Below, one piece after another: positions 9,142 to 18,508 of a DNA stretch of 64,000 nucleotides. Each line of letters begins with the position of its first letter. Positions within the stretch are counted from its first letter, which is position 1. The stretch covers positions 3,558 through 67,557 of the IMG/VR virus record IMGVR_UViG_3300029258_004380. The stretch is one strand, 5' to 3'. The notes below the pieces were generated by a model. That model was not told the origin of the DNA. It searched no databases and saw only the letters and a list, made by a program, of their open reading frames with translations. A program made the translations under genes and the position numbers. This DNA comes from a virus.

Positions 9142-9425
9142 TCCGCAAACTTGATCTCACAGCACAACTGGTATTCCCCGACTGCCGCAAGTTCGAGGAC
9201 CTCTTCTCGGCCTGGCAACCCTGGACCTGGGAACCCGCCTCAGGGCTGCCGCTGCCGTTAGGAGTGGTCTGGAAGTTTACCGAGTGGTCGGCCGAAACGC
9301 GGAGGTTTCGCAAGCGAATCCTGTACATCGGACCGCACTGCGAGGTGCGGAGCCCGCAGGGGAGCTATACCTACCTGGAGGCTGTACCCTCACAGCAGCT
9401 GCGGGCGTTTTTCCGCTGGCACTGA
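9138..9425 (+). CDS. hypothetical protein
   Basis: GAGG RBS, ATGA coupling. Confidence 0.6.
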   Translation: MIRKLDLTAQLVFPDCRKFEDLFSAWQPWTWEPASGLPLPLGVVWKFTEWSAETRRFRKRILYIGPHCEVRSPQGSYTYLEAVPSQQLRAFFRWH

Positions 9426-9465
9426 TCGACAGCAACACCGTCCCCAAGATCGAGGAGGAACCGCA

Positions 9466-9765
9466 GTGAACGTAAAGAAGTATGTGTCTCGCGTGACTTA
9501 CTACTACAGCCCCGCCCGCGAAGAGGACCTCAGGAGCATGGTCCGCGCTAGCGGACGGTTTATCGGCCGCGACGGCGAGGAGGGGATCTCCTACTGGGTA
9601 CTGGACGGCAAGGTCTACCCGATCTACAACGGTAGCAGTAGAATGACTGAGCCGGTGGAGTATTTCGAGTTCTGCCGCAAGATCCGCAACCGGCAGCTGC
9701 CGAATTTCTGTGGTGCGGACGACTTTCACCTGGGGCATCCGGAAACTGGAGAGGCGGACAGATGA
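9466..9765 (+). CDS. hypothetical protein
   Basis: GAGGAGG RBS, GTG start. Confidence 0.65.
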   Translation: MNVKKYVSRVTYYYSPAREEDLRSMVRASGRFIGRDGEEGISYWVLDGKVYPIYNGSSRMTEPVEYFEFCRKIRNRQLPNFCGADDFHLGHPETGEADR

Positions 9766-9956
9766 CGTTACAGGAAGATTACTCCAGTCTGTCGCTGTCG
9801 GAGCTACTCGGTAGAGCAGCGTGACTGGAGAAAGTTCTTGTCGGGTACGCTGCCAGAACGGGCGTGCGACACAACGATTACCAGAAAATAAACGACCTGG
9901 AGTCATTGCCTGTGCGGCAAGACGACCTAGCAATTTACGAGATTCTCGTTGAGTAA
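9762..9956 (+). pseudogene. small ORF with in-frame TGA at 9822
   Basis: ATGA-coupled start; frame continues 44 codons to TAA and fills the gap exactly. Confidence 0.6.
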
Positions 9957-9968
9957 GAGAAAACTGCC

Positions 9969-10370
9969 ATGCAATCAGAACTTGTGCGCTACGTCTGGGG
10001 GCACACCCAGATCGACGAGGATATTATCGGCGCGGTGGACTTGGTAATCTGCCACGTGGCCCCAACGGGGATGCCCATCGCCGAGAAACTCCGCGAACAT
10101 GTACAGGCCCACCCGCCGAGGTTTTTCAAGTTCGACCCGCTCGACGGCCAGTGGCACGGCTGGCTAAAACTGGCCTCCTGGCTGGGCGACGAGGAGGACT
10201 GGTTTGGCAGCGCCCTGCGCCTGGTGGGGCTGGGCGAGCTAATGGGGCTGTGGGAGGTCAAGACTCCCAAGGACAACCCCTGGCTACCACTTTTCTTGCA
10301 GCAAAACTTGGCCAACAGCGGGATGATAGAAATTCGGGCGATGGTGCCCCGAAAGGAACCGAAATGCTGA
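9969..10370 (+). CDS. hypothetical phage protein
   Basis: 133 aa; ALRLVGLG..MGLWEVKTP. Confidence 0.7.
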   Translation: MQSELVRYVWGHTQIDEDIIGAVDLVICHVAPTGMPIAEKLREHVQAHPPRFFKFDPLDGQWHGWLKLASWLGDEEDWFGSALRLVGLGELMGLWEVKTPKDNPWLPLFLQQNLANSGMIEIRAMVPRKEPKC

Positions 10371-10630
10371 AAATGGAGGAGGCGGTACTCGACCTGGAGA
10401 GCCAGTGGCCGAAGACAGGTCATCTAATCTGGGAAACGGCCAACCAGGAGTTGCTGGCAACACTGCGAACGCTGGCCCGGGAAATTGACGAACTCTCCGA
10501 ACGCCTCGATATGCTAGAACACACTGTTAACAAGCGAGACCATCGCGACAGGACCCAGGACTTGCCGAGAAGATTTCGCAAACTCGAAAACCGGGTGATG
10601 GTAGTGGAGTCAGAAATCCGTAGGAGGTAA
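10364..10630 (+). CDS. coiled-coil hypothetical protein
   Basis: AAGGA RBS; heptad Leu pattern. Confidence 0.65.
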   Translation: MLKMEEAVLDLESQWPKTGHLIWETANQELLATLRTLAREIDELSERLDMLEHTVNKRDHRDRTQDLPRRFRKLENRVMVVESEIRRR

Positions 10631-10632
10631 AA

Positions 10633-10862
10633 ATGAAATCTACACGCGCAGACGGCCGCGGACACTGGCCGGCGGGAAGGCGGCGGCATGCAGACGCAGG
10701 TAACTGGAGCCGGGTGCGGCTGTCGCTGACGAGATTTCTGGACGAGAACCACTCGCCAGGAGAAATCTCCATACGGGCACTCGCCGAGACGAGGAAGCGC
10801 AGGAGGCGATCACAGAGTGGCTCAGGCAGTGGCGTGAGAAACTCAAGCGGAGGGCGAAATGA
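10633..10862 (+). pseudogene. HTH-like gene with internal deletion/frameshift
   Basis: AGGAGG RBS; SIRALAE then a frame switch to DEEAQEAITEWL...AK-TGA coupled to ATG 10859. Confidence 0.45.
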
Positions 10863-11269
10863 AACACCTCTTTCGATTTACACTGATGGCCGTGGTCCTC
10901 GGCTGCGCGGGAAATCCCCCGGCGCCTGAGACGGTGCCAGACCCCGAGTGGCAGGAGCAGCAGCGGCTGGACGAGATCGAGGCGTGGTATCTGGGAGAAC
11001 TCAGAAAGCTGGTCTGGTGGCTGTGCACCGACGGCGAGTTTTTGGAGTCGGCTACCGCCGAGGAAATCCGCCTTAACCGGCGGTTCGACGAGTGCCCCGA
11101 GGAGGCCCGGCCAGTGCTTTGTGCTACGGTCTTTGAGTATTTTCATCGTCAGGACCCGCAGATGAAAAGCATCCCCGTCTACGACGAGGACTGGCACCAG
11201 ATCGGCAAGTGGAACCTTGTGGGGAAATTTACCAAAGACGGCTTTGTGCCATTGGAGGAGTCTAAATGA
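10859..11269 (+). CDS. putative lipoprotein
   Basis: MKHLFRFTLMAVVLG-C lipobox. Confidence 0.7.
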   Translation: MKHLFRFTLMAVVLGCAGNPPAPETVPDPEWQEQQRLDEIEAWYLGELRKLVWWLCTDGEFLESATAEEIRLNRRFDECPEEARPVLCATVFEYFHRQDPQMKSIPVYDEDWHQIGKWNLVGKFTKDGFVPLEESK

Positions 11270-11505
11270 CGGAGATTACACACGAGGCAAGTGTGGTGTA
11301 CCAAGGCGTTCTCGACATGCAGGTGTGCGTACCTGCCAAATGGGACGACGAGCATGTGCGATTGTTTGCCGCCGCCGCCGCCCCCTGCGGAACCTCACAC
11401 GGCTGGCAGATCCGCCGTCGGGGCGACGAGGCCCTGGGTGGCGATCCTGAGCGCAACCCCTGTGCGCAGCGAGAAGGTTTTGTGCACATTATGTTGGACG
11501 CCTGA
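11266..11505 (+). CDS. hypothetical protein
   Basis: GGAGGAG RBS, ATGA coupling. Confidence 0.7.
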   Translation: MTEITHEASVVYQGVLDMQVCVPAKWDDEHVRLFAAAAAPCGTSHGWQIRRRGDEALGGDPERNPCAQREGFVHIMLDA

Positions 11506-11512
11506 AACTTAG

Positions 11513-11584
11513 AGGTCGCAATGTTTCCGGTTGGCGATGAGGTCTCCAAAACCTCGTGGCGGGGTTCGACTCCCCGGCGACCTG
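11513..11584 (+). tRNA. tRNA-Trp(CCA) with atypical D arm
   Basis: Acceptor AGGTCGC/GCGACCT plus G73; anticodon arm GAGGT-CTCCAAA-ACCTC; T arm CGGGG-TTCGACT-CCCCG. Confidence 0.85.
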
Positions 11585-11658
11585 TTGCCAAAATTTTACG
11601 TCGGTGCGCGGCCTGGAGGCGTTTAAGCACCCCAAAAAGTTTCGCCAACGAAACAACC

Positions 11659-11856
11659 ATGAGCGTATACATGGAAAGACAAGCGGTGGCGTATTTACGA
11701 GTAACCCCCGACGACCCTGAATTTTCGGCCTCCAACCAGCAGACGGCGGTAGGCGTGTACGCCGATCGGCGGGGCATGGTCCTCCGACCTCGCACGTGGT
11801 CTACTATACGCCTGCGCACCCCCAAAAGTTTCAGTAGAAACACCACAGAAAACTAG
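11659..11856 (+). pseudogene. truncated serine-recombinase-like N-terminus
   Basis: AVAYLRVT...SNQQTA; duplicate of the start of the next gene. Confidence 0.65.
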
Positions 11857-12354
11857 ATGACAAAACTAGCAGTAGCCTATTGTCGTACGGCCACCCCGCA
11901 ACCGGAGCAGATCCGCAACCAGCAGACGGCGGCGGGGTGTTATGCGACCAACCAACTGCTGACGCTGCGGCCTGCCTGCATTGACCTGGGAGTTTCGGGC
12001 AACACACCGCTGAATGACCGCACGGGGATCGCCCAACTGCTGGCTGAACTGGCCAACGGGGCAGAGGTAGTGCTGGTGAGCAGCGCCGAACGGATCTCCC
12101 GGCAGTTTGAACTGGCGGACGAGTTCCTCAAACTCGCCGAAACCTTTGGCGCCAAGGTGATCGAAACCGAGAACGACCGTATACTGGTTCCCGGGGAGTG
12201 GTTTGAGGGTCGTCTGCCGGTAGCCAAAAACCTCAGCATGCTGTCGTTCGCCGAGTTATCTCGGCGGATCGAGTGGCTACAGGAGAGGGTCGCGAGGCAG
12301 GACGTGATCATCCAAAACCTCCAGCAGCAACTGGCGTCAGATGCCCATGCCTGA
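11857..12354 (+). CDS. resolvase-family protein lacking the catalytic Ser
   Basis: AVAYCRTA, DLGVSG, R.GI..LL, ERISR; C-terminal coiled coil. Confidence 0.8.
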   Translation: MTKLAVAYCRTATPQPEQIRNQQTAAGCYATNQLLTLRPACIDLGVSGNTPLNDRTGIAQLLAELANGAEVVLVSSAERISRQFELADEFLKLAETFGAKVIETENDRILVPGEWFEGRLPVAKNLSMLSFAELSRRIEWLQERVARQDVIIQNLQQQLASDAHA

Positions 12355-12943
12355 AAAAGAGCCTCGCGTCAGCCGCCGGGTTCCCAGGACGATCCGACTG
12401 AATCTCTTGGATCACAAGTTCGGGGAACTCACCGTAGTGGGCTACGGCGGCAAGCGAAAGGGCAACGTCCTCTGGGTCTGCCGCTGCAGCTGCGGTCAGA
12501 TTGGCAAGTATTTTGCCGGTAACCTCCGCAGCGGGGCCTCTCGCCGCTGCGTGGCCTGCGGTCATAAAGTGCCACGTACCGAGCCGGCAGCTAGCGGTAA
12601 GGTCCACACCCCCGAGTACCAAGCGTGGTACTTGGCCAAGAGCAACCGGGCGCTGTGTGGGGAATGGGCAGCAAGTTTCGCGCGGTTTATGAAAGACCTG
12701 GGGCCGCGGCCTTCGGGCGCGCGGCTGTGGCGAAAAGACCACAGCAAGAGACACGGGCCCGAAAATTCCCGTTGGCGGCTGCCGGAGGACGCCGTCGAGG
12801 ACTGCGTGGAGAAGATCCTCGCTGCTGGCGTGGTGGTTCCTGACCCAGAGGCACTCAGAGAACATCTAAAAAGTATCAGCCGACAGGCTCGCCACCAGAT
12901 GGTCGAGCGGGCAAAACAACTGCGGCAGATCGAGGAAATCTAG
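12341..12943 (+). CDS. HNH homing-endonuclease-related protein
   Basis: KFGELTV...WVCRCSCG...NLRSG..RC, TPEYQAW, F..F.KDLGPRP, GPENSRW. Confidence 0.7.
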   Translation: MPMPEKEPRVSRRVPRTIRLNLLDHKFGELTVVGYGGKRKGNVLWVCRCSCGQIGKYFAGNLRSGASRRCVACGHKVPRTEPAASGKVHTPEYQAWYLAKSNRALCGEWAASFARFMKDLGPRPSGARLWRKDHSKRHGPENSRWRLPEDAVEDCVEKILAAGVVVPDPEALREHLKSISRQARHQMVERAKQLRQIEEI

Positions 12944-13720
12944 ATGTCAAGGATCGTAGATCTTACGGGGAAAAGATTCGGAACACTGACAGTTATTGGA
13001 AAACGCAAACGCGAAAACGGGGCAACCAAGTGGTGGTGTCGCTGCGATTGCGGGGACGAGAGGTATTACTATCACGGCAATCTGCAGCAAGGCTTGTCTA
13101 CGCAGTGTGTCAAATGCGCAGGCCGGGCGTTCGGCCGGCGGATGCGGACGCACGGGGAGACAGCAGGCGGCAGGACTACGCCCACCTACGGGGCGTGGCG
13201 GGTCACCCGGGGCGACCGCGTGCCGGAGTGGGACCGCTACTCGCAATTCCTTGCGGACATGGGAGAAAAGCCGGTCAACACCCGGATCAGGCGACCGGAT
13301 CGCAAGCAGCCCTGGGGTCCAGGAAACTGCGCCTGGTGGACCGTCGAGGATGCCCTAGCAGCGGACGTTGAGCAAACCGTCAAGATAATGGTTTCGGCCG
13401 GACAGGGCGAGGACACGCCCCAGTTGAGGAGGCGGCTGGTGGGGGTGTCCCGCGCTCGGCGGGACCAGCTGCGCACACAGGCGATCTCCCGGATCGCCCG
13501 GCGGTTGACTGCCGCCAACGGGCGGCGGCTGGTTGACGCCGTCAGGGCGGAGGCCCGGCGTCAGGGCTGGACACCGCCGTCGCTCTCCCGGGCTACAGGG
13601 GCGAGCCGCGTCGCTGCGAACAATTTTCTCGTCGGCCGAAACGTGAGGCTGGAAACCTTTGCCCGTCTGGCCAGCTTTCTGGGCTTTGAAATGGTGCTGG
13701 GGGGAAACGGAGATGCCTAA
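12944..13720 (+). CDS. HNH-related protein with C-terminal XRE-like HTH
   Basis: DLTGKRFGTLTV...WWCRCDCG, THGE, FLADMGEKP, GPGNCAW; HTH-like tail. Confidence 0.7.
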   Translation: MSRIVDLTGKRFGTLTVIGKRKRENGATKWWCRCDCGDERYYYHGNLQQGLSTQCVKCAGRAFGRRMRTHGETAGGRTTPTYGAWRVTRGDRVPEWDRYSQFLADMGEKPVNTRIRRPDRKQPWGPGNCAWWTVEDALAADVEQTVKIMVSAGQGEDTPQLRRRLVGVSRARRDQLRTQAISRIARRLTAANGRRLVDAVRAEARRQGWTPPSLSRATGASRVAANNFLVGRNVRLETFARLASFLGFEMVLGGNGDA

Positions 13721-13982
13721 GGTGACCTACAAGACCACCGAGGTGGTCTGGCTGGAGATCGTCGGGGAGCAAGATAAGAGACCAGCAAAACTGCCTCGAA
13801 TTCGTCAAGACGGGGGTCTGATCCCCGACTTGTTAGGGTGGATGTGCCAAAACGGCATCTGGTTTGCCGTGAGTGGTTGGTCCACTGGAGGCGGCGCGAT
13901 GCGGGGCGGGTTTTGTCCTCACGACGCTGAGCAGATCGTCCGCTGGTTGCGACGGCGAGGCGTCGTCCCCAACTTTTCTTAA
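13713..13982 (+). CDS. hypothetical protein
   Basis: ATG 13713 overlapping the previous stop. Confidence 0.6.
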   Translation: MPKVTYKTTEVVWLEIVGEQDKRPAKLPRIRQDGGLIPDLLGWMCQNGIWFAVSGWSTGGGAMRGGFCPHDAEQIVRWLRRRGVVPNFS

Positions 13983-13995
13983 CAAAACGCCCAGA

Positions 13996-14031
13996 AATTC
14001 TGCTGTAGGTTGTACAAATCATTGTATAATA
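13996..14031 (+). promoter_or_regulatory. promoter motif shared with 33380-33415
   Basis: AATTCTGCTG..GGTT....A.ATCATTGTATAATA. Confidence 0.7.
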
Positions 14032-14059
14032 CTACGCAGAGAGTATGTAGGTACCACCT

Positions 14060-14302
14060 GTGATTGCCTTTCCCAGACCCAAATTCAAAAAAGTCCGCCC
14101 TCTGCCGCTGAGCAACGGCTGGATCGCTCTGGTAGATACCGAGGACTACGAATACCTGGCTGCGATGTCACCCTGGCACGTCGACGAGAACGAGCAGGTG
14201 TACACCGTCCAGCCGACCCCCAGTGGGCCCCCACAGCGGCTCTATCTGGCCCACGTGACGTTTGTGCTACACCGCTGCTCGATCATCGAAAAAGAAGAGT
14301 AA
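14060..14302 (+). pseudogene. N-terminal fragment of an HNH/AP2-type endonuclease
   Basis: LPLSNGWIALVDTEDYEYL...W...LYLAH; no HNH core follows. Confidence 0.55.
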
Positions 14303-14358
14303 AAAGTGTCCTATCTGCCAAAGTGTCCCGTACAACTCTCTGGAGAATACACTGCCCA

Positions 14359-15222
14359 ATGATAGATGTGCGCCCCAACGAGACTGCCGCTGCCGAGGAG
14401 TCCCCTGCCGAATTTTCCGTTGACGGGGTAATTCAGGGGGACTGCGTAGAAAAACTCAAGAAAATCCCGCCGGGGGTTATCAACCTGACGATCGCCGACC
14501 CTCCGTTTAATATCGACCACAACTACGGGCATTACCGGGACCGGCTGTCGGACGACGAGTATCTGTTCTGGTCCGAGTGTTGGCTGCGAGAGGTACACCG
14601 GGTGTCCCACAAACACGGCAGTTTCTGGCTATGCATCGGAGATAAGTACGTCAGCGAACTGGACGTGCTAGCAAAACGGCTGGGGTGGTACAAGCGGAGT
14701 CACGTGGTCTGGTACTTTACCTTCGGGAACAACTGCAAAAAGAATTTCACGCCATCACACACCCACCTGCTTTACTATGTGAAAAATCCCAAGAAGTTCA
14801 CTTTTAACGCTAAGCAGGTGCGGGTGCCCTCGGCCCGGCAGACGGTCTACAATGACAGCCGGGGGAGCCCCGACGGCAGGCTGCCCGACAATACCTGGAT
14901 CTTGCGTCCCCAGGAGGTGCCTGGAGGTTTCGAGACGATGGAAAACACCTGGCACCACCCGCGAGTCTGCGGGACCTACAAGGAGCGGGTGCCGGGGGCC
15001 ACCAACCAGATGCCAGAAATGCTGCTGGCGAGGATCATCCGCGCCAGCAGCCACCTTGGCGGCGTCGTGCTGGACCCCTTTGCGGGCACGGCCAGCACCG
15101 CCGTAGTGTCCAAGAAGCTGGGGCGGGTCTACCTGACCTACGAGATCTCTTTGCAGTGGGCGGCGAAAGGCACACAGCGATTGCGGGCGACCACTGCCGG
15201 AGAGCCAATCTGCGGAGAGTAA
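14359..15222 (+). CDS. N4-C/N6-A DNA methyltransferase (beta class)
   Basis: IQGDC, IADPPFN, NQMPE.LL.RII, VLDPFAGTAST. Confidence 0.92.
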   Translation: MIDVRPNETAAAEESPAEFSVDGVIQGDCVEKLKKIPPGVINLTIADPPFNIDHNYGHYRDRLSDDEYLFWSECWLREVHRVSHKHGSFWLCIGDKYVSELDVLAKRLGWYKRSHVVWYFTFGNNCKKNFTPSHTHLLYYVKNPKKFTFNAKQVRVPSARQTVYNDSRGSPDGRLPDNTWILRPQEVPGGFETMENTWHHPRVCGTYKERVPGATNQMPEMLLARIIRASSHLGGVVLDPFAGTASTAVVSKKLGRVYLTYEISLQWAAKGTQRLRATTAGEPICGE

Positions 15223-15642
15223 TCCTCACCGACGGCCGAAATTTTAACACTTCATTTTTTGCCAGGATGCTGCAAGAATTTTGAAAGCAGTGCTTTGACT
15301 TACCCCAAGTTAATGCACCTCACCGCTTCTACGGTCAACACGCATCTGCGCAGAACAAGGGAAAGCTGGGACTGTCGGGTCGCCCGCAGTCGCCACCTTT
15401 TCCGCTACCTATCGCAATCTGCGCACGCTGGACAATCTGTCATTTACTAGCAGCTGATCGGCACGAGACGTCAGAATAACTTTGGTGTGTCGCGATACAA
15501 GATTCTGTTTGACTCAGATAATGTTGGTGCGTAGGCTTAACTACTCCGGAGAAGTACCCGCAATGTGCGGAGTAGCGTACTATTCCCTCTCCGCTCCGCC
15601 TCCCACCGGGGGTGAGCAAACTCACAACCTAAGGAGTTCGCA

Positions 15643-15792
15643 ATGGACGGAACTCAACGGATTGTCTTTGAGCGACTAATGACCGTAGCCCAGGACGTGG
15701 CCACGGGGAAGTATGACACGGACGACGATTTCGAGATCACCCATTTTGACCTAGACATGGAGGAATTCTTACGAGAGTTGCATAAGACATGA
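15643..15792 (+). CDS. small acidic protein (49 aa)
   Basis: AAGGAG RBS; ATGA-coupled to the next ORF. Confidence 0.6.
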   Translation: MDGTQRIVFERLMTVAQDVATGKYDTDDDFEITHFDLDMEEFLRELHKT

Positions 15793-16037
15793 AGAGAACG
15801 AGGTTGCCCGAGAATAACCCGGACAACTGCTCGGAGTGTGTCGCAGTCTGGAACCAGTTTACGGGAAATCCCGTAGACCCCAAAAAAGTCGAGAGACTGT
15901 CGGACATGTGATGGACAAGAGTCAATTGTTTTTGGAACCTACACCACGGCGACCACATATCTATCGGCGGTGAAAAATGGGTCCGGTTCGTGAGAAACCG
16001 GGCCATCCGCTCGTTCAGCGAGAGAGGAGTAGACTGA
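15789..16037 (+). pseudogene. ORF with in-frame TGA at 15909
   Basis: ATGA start overlap and TGATG end overlap in the same frame. Confidence 0.55.
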
Positions 16038-16540
16038 TGACGACGAAAGAAAAAGCAGCGACACCCGCCGGCCTGATGAGCATCAGCAAGACTCGGGTAG
16101 TCAATCTCAAGCACGAGCTCTACGACGTGTACATTGGGCGGGGCACAGTCTGGGGCAATCCCTTTCACGTCGGACGAGATGGCACCCGCCGCGAGGTGAT
16201 TGAAAAGTTTCGCGAGTACGCGCCCAAAAACCGCGAACTGATGCGGAGGTTGCCCGAACTGAAAGACCAGCGGCTGGGGTGCTACTGCAAGCCGCTGCCC
16301 TGCCACGGCGATGTGCTGGTGGAACTGCTTCACGAGCGGCTGCTCTGGAACGAGTTGGTGACGATCTTTGGCAAGGACGACACCGGCTGCCGCAAGCGGC
16401 TGCGAATGCTGCTGAAACATCTGCTGCGGGAGAACTACCACACGGCCATAAAACTCGTGCAACTCTGGGCGGCCTCAGGACAACTCGCCAAGGACCTCGC
16501 CCGGCAAGCCGTAACGCGGATCGAAAACCTCTCGAAATAA
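16037..16540 (+). CDS. DUF4326 domain protein
   Basis: YDVYIGRGTVWGNPF...LGCYCKPLPCHGDVL. Confidence 0.9.
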   Translation: MTTKEKAATPAGLMSISKTRVVNLKHELYDVYIGRGTVWGNPFHVGRDGTRREVIEKFREYAPKNRELMRRLPELKDQRLGCYCKPLPCHGDVLVELLHERLLWNELVTIFGKDDTGCRKRLRMLLKHLLRENYHTAIKLVQLWAASGQLAKDLARQAVTRIENLSK

Positions 16541-16851
16541 AAAACGCCCGCTTGTCTGCAGGCGGAGCGCGCTTGCCGTCTTCGTCTGGGGAGCTGCCCG
16601 CAAAATTCTCAATCGGCCAGTGTGCCTCAGCACGGACTGTCCACTGAGAAAAAGAGATGCGCAGAGTGTTATGTGCTAGTTTTCCACGAGGATTCCGGAA
16701 GTTTTCTGCTCCGTGATGGCGATGAGTACGCCTTTGGGAATGGAAAGGCAACTGTGGAAACTACGGGAGTAACCTAGAAGAACTCATCGACATGTTTTGG
16801 CGGTATATCACCACCTCAAATAGGGACAGCCAGCGTTAGGCACTCGCCTGG

Positions 16852-16879
16852 TTGACTTTAGGAGAACTTATGCTAGAAT
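16852..16879 (+). promoter_or_regulatory. possible sigma70 promoter
   Basis: TTGACT-N16-TAGAAT with extended TG; overlaps the candidate RBS/ATG. Confidence 0.4.
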
Positions 16880-17601
16880 CGAGAACGACCGCACGTTTGC
16901 CAACACCCGCCTATGGCTACCCGCGGGTAAGCAGCAAGCGGCAGACCCGCGGCCACGGAATCAAGCGGCAGAGAGAGATCATCGGTGAGTTCGCCGAGAA
17001 GAATGGCTACACCATTGTTGGCTGGTACGATGAAGCATACACCGGCACCGAGTCTGAGCGCCCTGAGTTCGTGCGGATGCTCGACGACATGCTGGCCAAT
17101 GGCGTGCGGACGATCATCGTCGAGTCGCTGGACCGGTTTTCGCGCGCCCTGATGGTGCAAAACACTCTGTTGGCAAAACTCGCCAGTGAAGAGATTACGC
17201 TGATCGCCGCCAACACCGGCGAGGATGTCACCGAGGCGATGTCCGACGACCCCATGCGGTGGGCGATGGTACAGATGCAGGGGATCTTTGCTGAGCTGGA
17301 CAAGCGGCAGGTCGTCCGCAAACTGCGGCTGGCCCGAGAGGCAAAGCGGAAGGCGAGGCAAAAGTGCGAGGGACAACACCGATACGGGCAACACCCCGAC
17401 AAACCGGAGGAAGCAAAATGTCTGCGGCGAATGCGAGAATTGGCATTGCAGACCGACTCTCCCACAGAGATTTCCAGAATCCTAAACGGAGAGGGATTTC
17501 GCCCTCGTAGAGGACGGCGATGGTACCCCAGCACCGTCCGGAGGATACTAGACCGAGACGCTGCACCGGATGTGGCGGCTCCTCGCTTAGTACAAAAATA
17601 G
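16870..17601 (+). CDS. serine recombinase (resolvase plus recombinase DNA-binding domain)
   Basis: YGYPRVSS, ERPEF, ESLDRFSR, LNGEGF..RRGRRWYPSTVRRIL. Confidence 0.9.
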   Translation: MLESRTTARLPTPAYGYPRVSSKRQTRGHGIKRQREIIGEFAEKNGYTIVGWYDEAYTGTESERPEFVRMLDDMLANGVRTIIVESLDRFSRALMVQNTLLAKLASEEITLIAANTGEDVTEAMSDDPMRWAMVQMQGIFAELDKRQVVRKLRLAREAKRKARQKCEGQHRYGQHPDKPEEAKCLRRMRELALQTDSPTEISRILNGEGFRPRRGRRWYPSTVRRILDRDAAPDVAAPRLVQK

Positions 17602-17613
17602 AGGAGTAGTGTT

Positions 17614-17970
17614 ATGGCACGTCCGAAGAATGAGAACCGTCGCACTCCGCCCATTTTCTCTACTCGGGCGGAGGCAGCAAAGGCAGGTGAGGAGGGCAAG
17701 CCCTATCGCGTCACCTTTCCGCCGTGTAGCTGCACCCCGCAGGGGACTACCCTGTACACGGTCGCCCGCAGCAACATGGCCGCCACCTACCAAATCTTTC
17801 AGCATCTGGGAGGGATTTGCCGCAGCATAAAGAAGGACATCACCGATCCGGCTGCAGCAATCGCTGCATTGCAGGATCTGAACGCCAAGGATCGCGGCTA
17901 CTATCTGGAGGAACTGCTGCGGGGGATGAGCGCTGCGGAGCGGCGGCGGCTGATTGCCAAACTCAGCTAG
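17614..17970 (+). CDS. hypothetical protein
   Basis: GAGGAG RBS, 118 aa. Confidence 0.7.
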   Translation: MARPKNENRRTPPIFSTRAEAAKAGEEGKPYRVTFPPCSCTPQGTTLYTVARSNMAATYQIFQHLGGICRSIKKDITDPAAAIAALQDLNAKDRGYYLEELLRGMSAAERRRLIAKLS

Positions 17971-18507
17971 TCACTCGACCCGCGGACAGACCGTAGGTGG
18001 CACGACCCTGAAAAAATCCCTCAGATCGAGGATCACAAAAGGGTCGTGGCCGGGCAGATTGACGTGCAGTCGTGGCAGAGACTGCACGTTCTCGTGGGCG
18101 TCGATCTCCCACAAAAATCCCTGGTTGATGCAGAGCCGAATCCGGCCGTAGTCTCTTTTCCAACAAAGCATCGGCTCCACGCGATCTAGCTCCAACTCTC
18201 GTCGGCACCTCTCGGCATCGGGCACCGTCTGTGCGTACCACCACTCGGCGATCTGGCTGGTCACCGGATTTTTCACCTTGTGGTTACCCAGCAGGTCCTC
18301 GATTCTGACCTCCTTGTAGTGTTTGCACTCAATCACCAGCCTGAGGTCTCGGGGTGGCACAATGTCGCCATAGGTCCAGAAGGCCCCACCCCATCGCAAT
18401 CCTCCCGATCTGGGCACCTGCTTAAAGGTCTTCCCCGTCCACTCGGAGAAGAGTTTGGCCACCTCAGCCTGGTTGGCGTACGACTTCTTCTTGCTCTTGC
18501 TGCCCAT
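17971..18507 (-). CDS. Holliday junction resolvase (PD-(D/E)xK)
   Basis: SKKK...EVAKLFSEW, VPRSGG, GDIV, IECKHY. Confidence 0.8.
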   Translation of the reverse strand: MGSKSKKKSYANQAEVAKLFSEWTGKTFKQVPRSGGLRWGGAFWTYGDIVPPRDLRLVIECKHYKEVRIEDLLGNHKVKNPVTSQIAEWWYAQTVPDAERCRRELELDRVEPMLCWKRDYGRIRLCINQGFLWEIDAHENVQSLPRLHVNLPGHDPFVILDLRDFFRVVPPTVCPRVE

Positions 18508-18508
18508 G

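Noticed and set aside
7848-9218. 456-aa minus-strand ORF
   Set aside because: Antisense shadow of coupled plus-strand genes in GC-rich DNA
11854-12946. TAG-ATG zero-gap junctions as readthrough fusions (also 25696 and 60438)
   Set aside because: Roughly half of the TAG junctions are out of frame; ordinary translational coupling explains them
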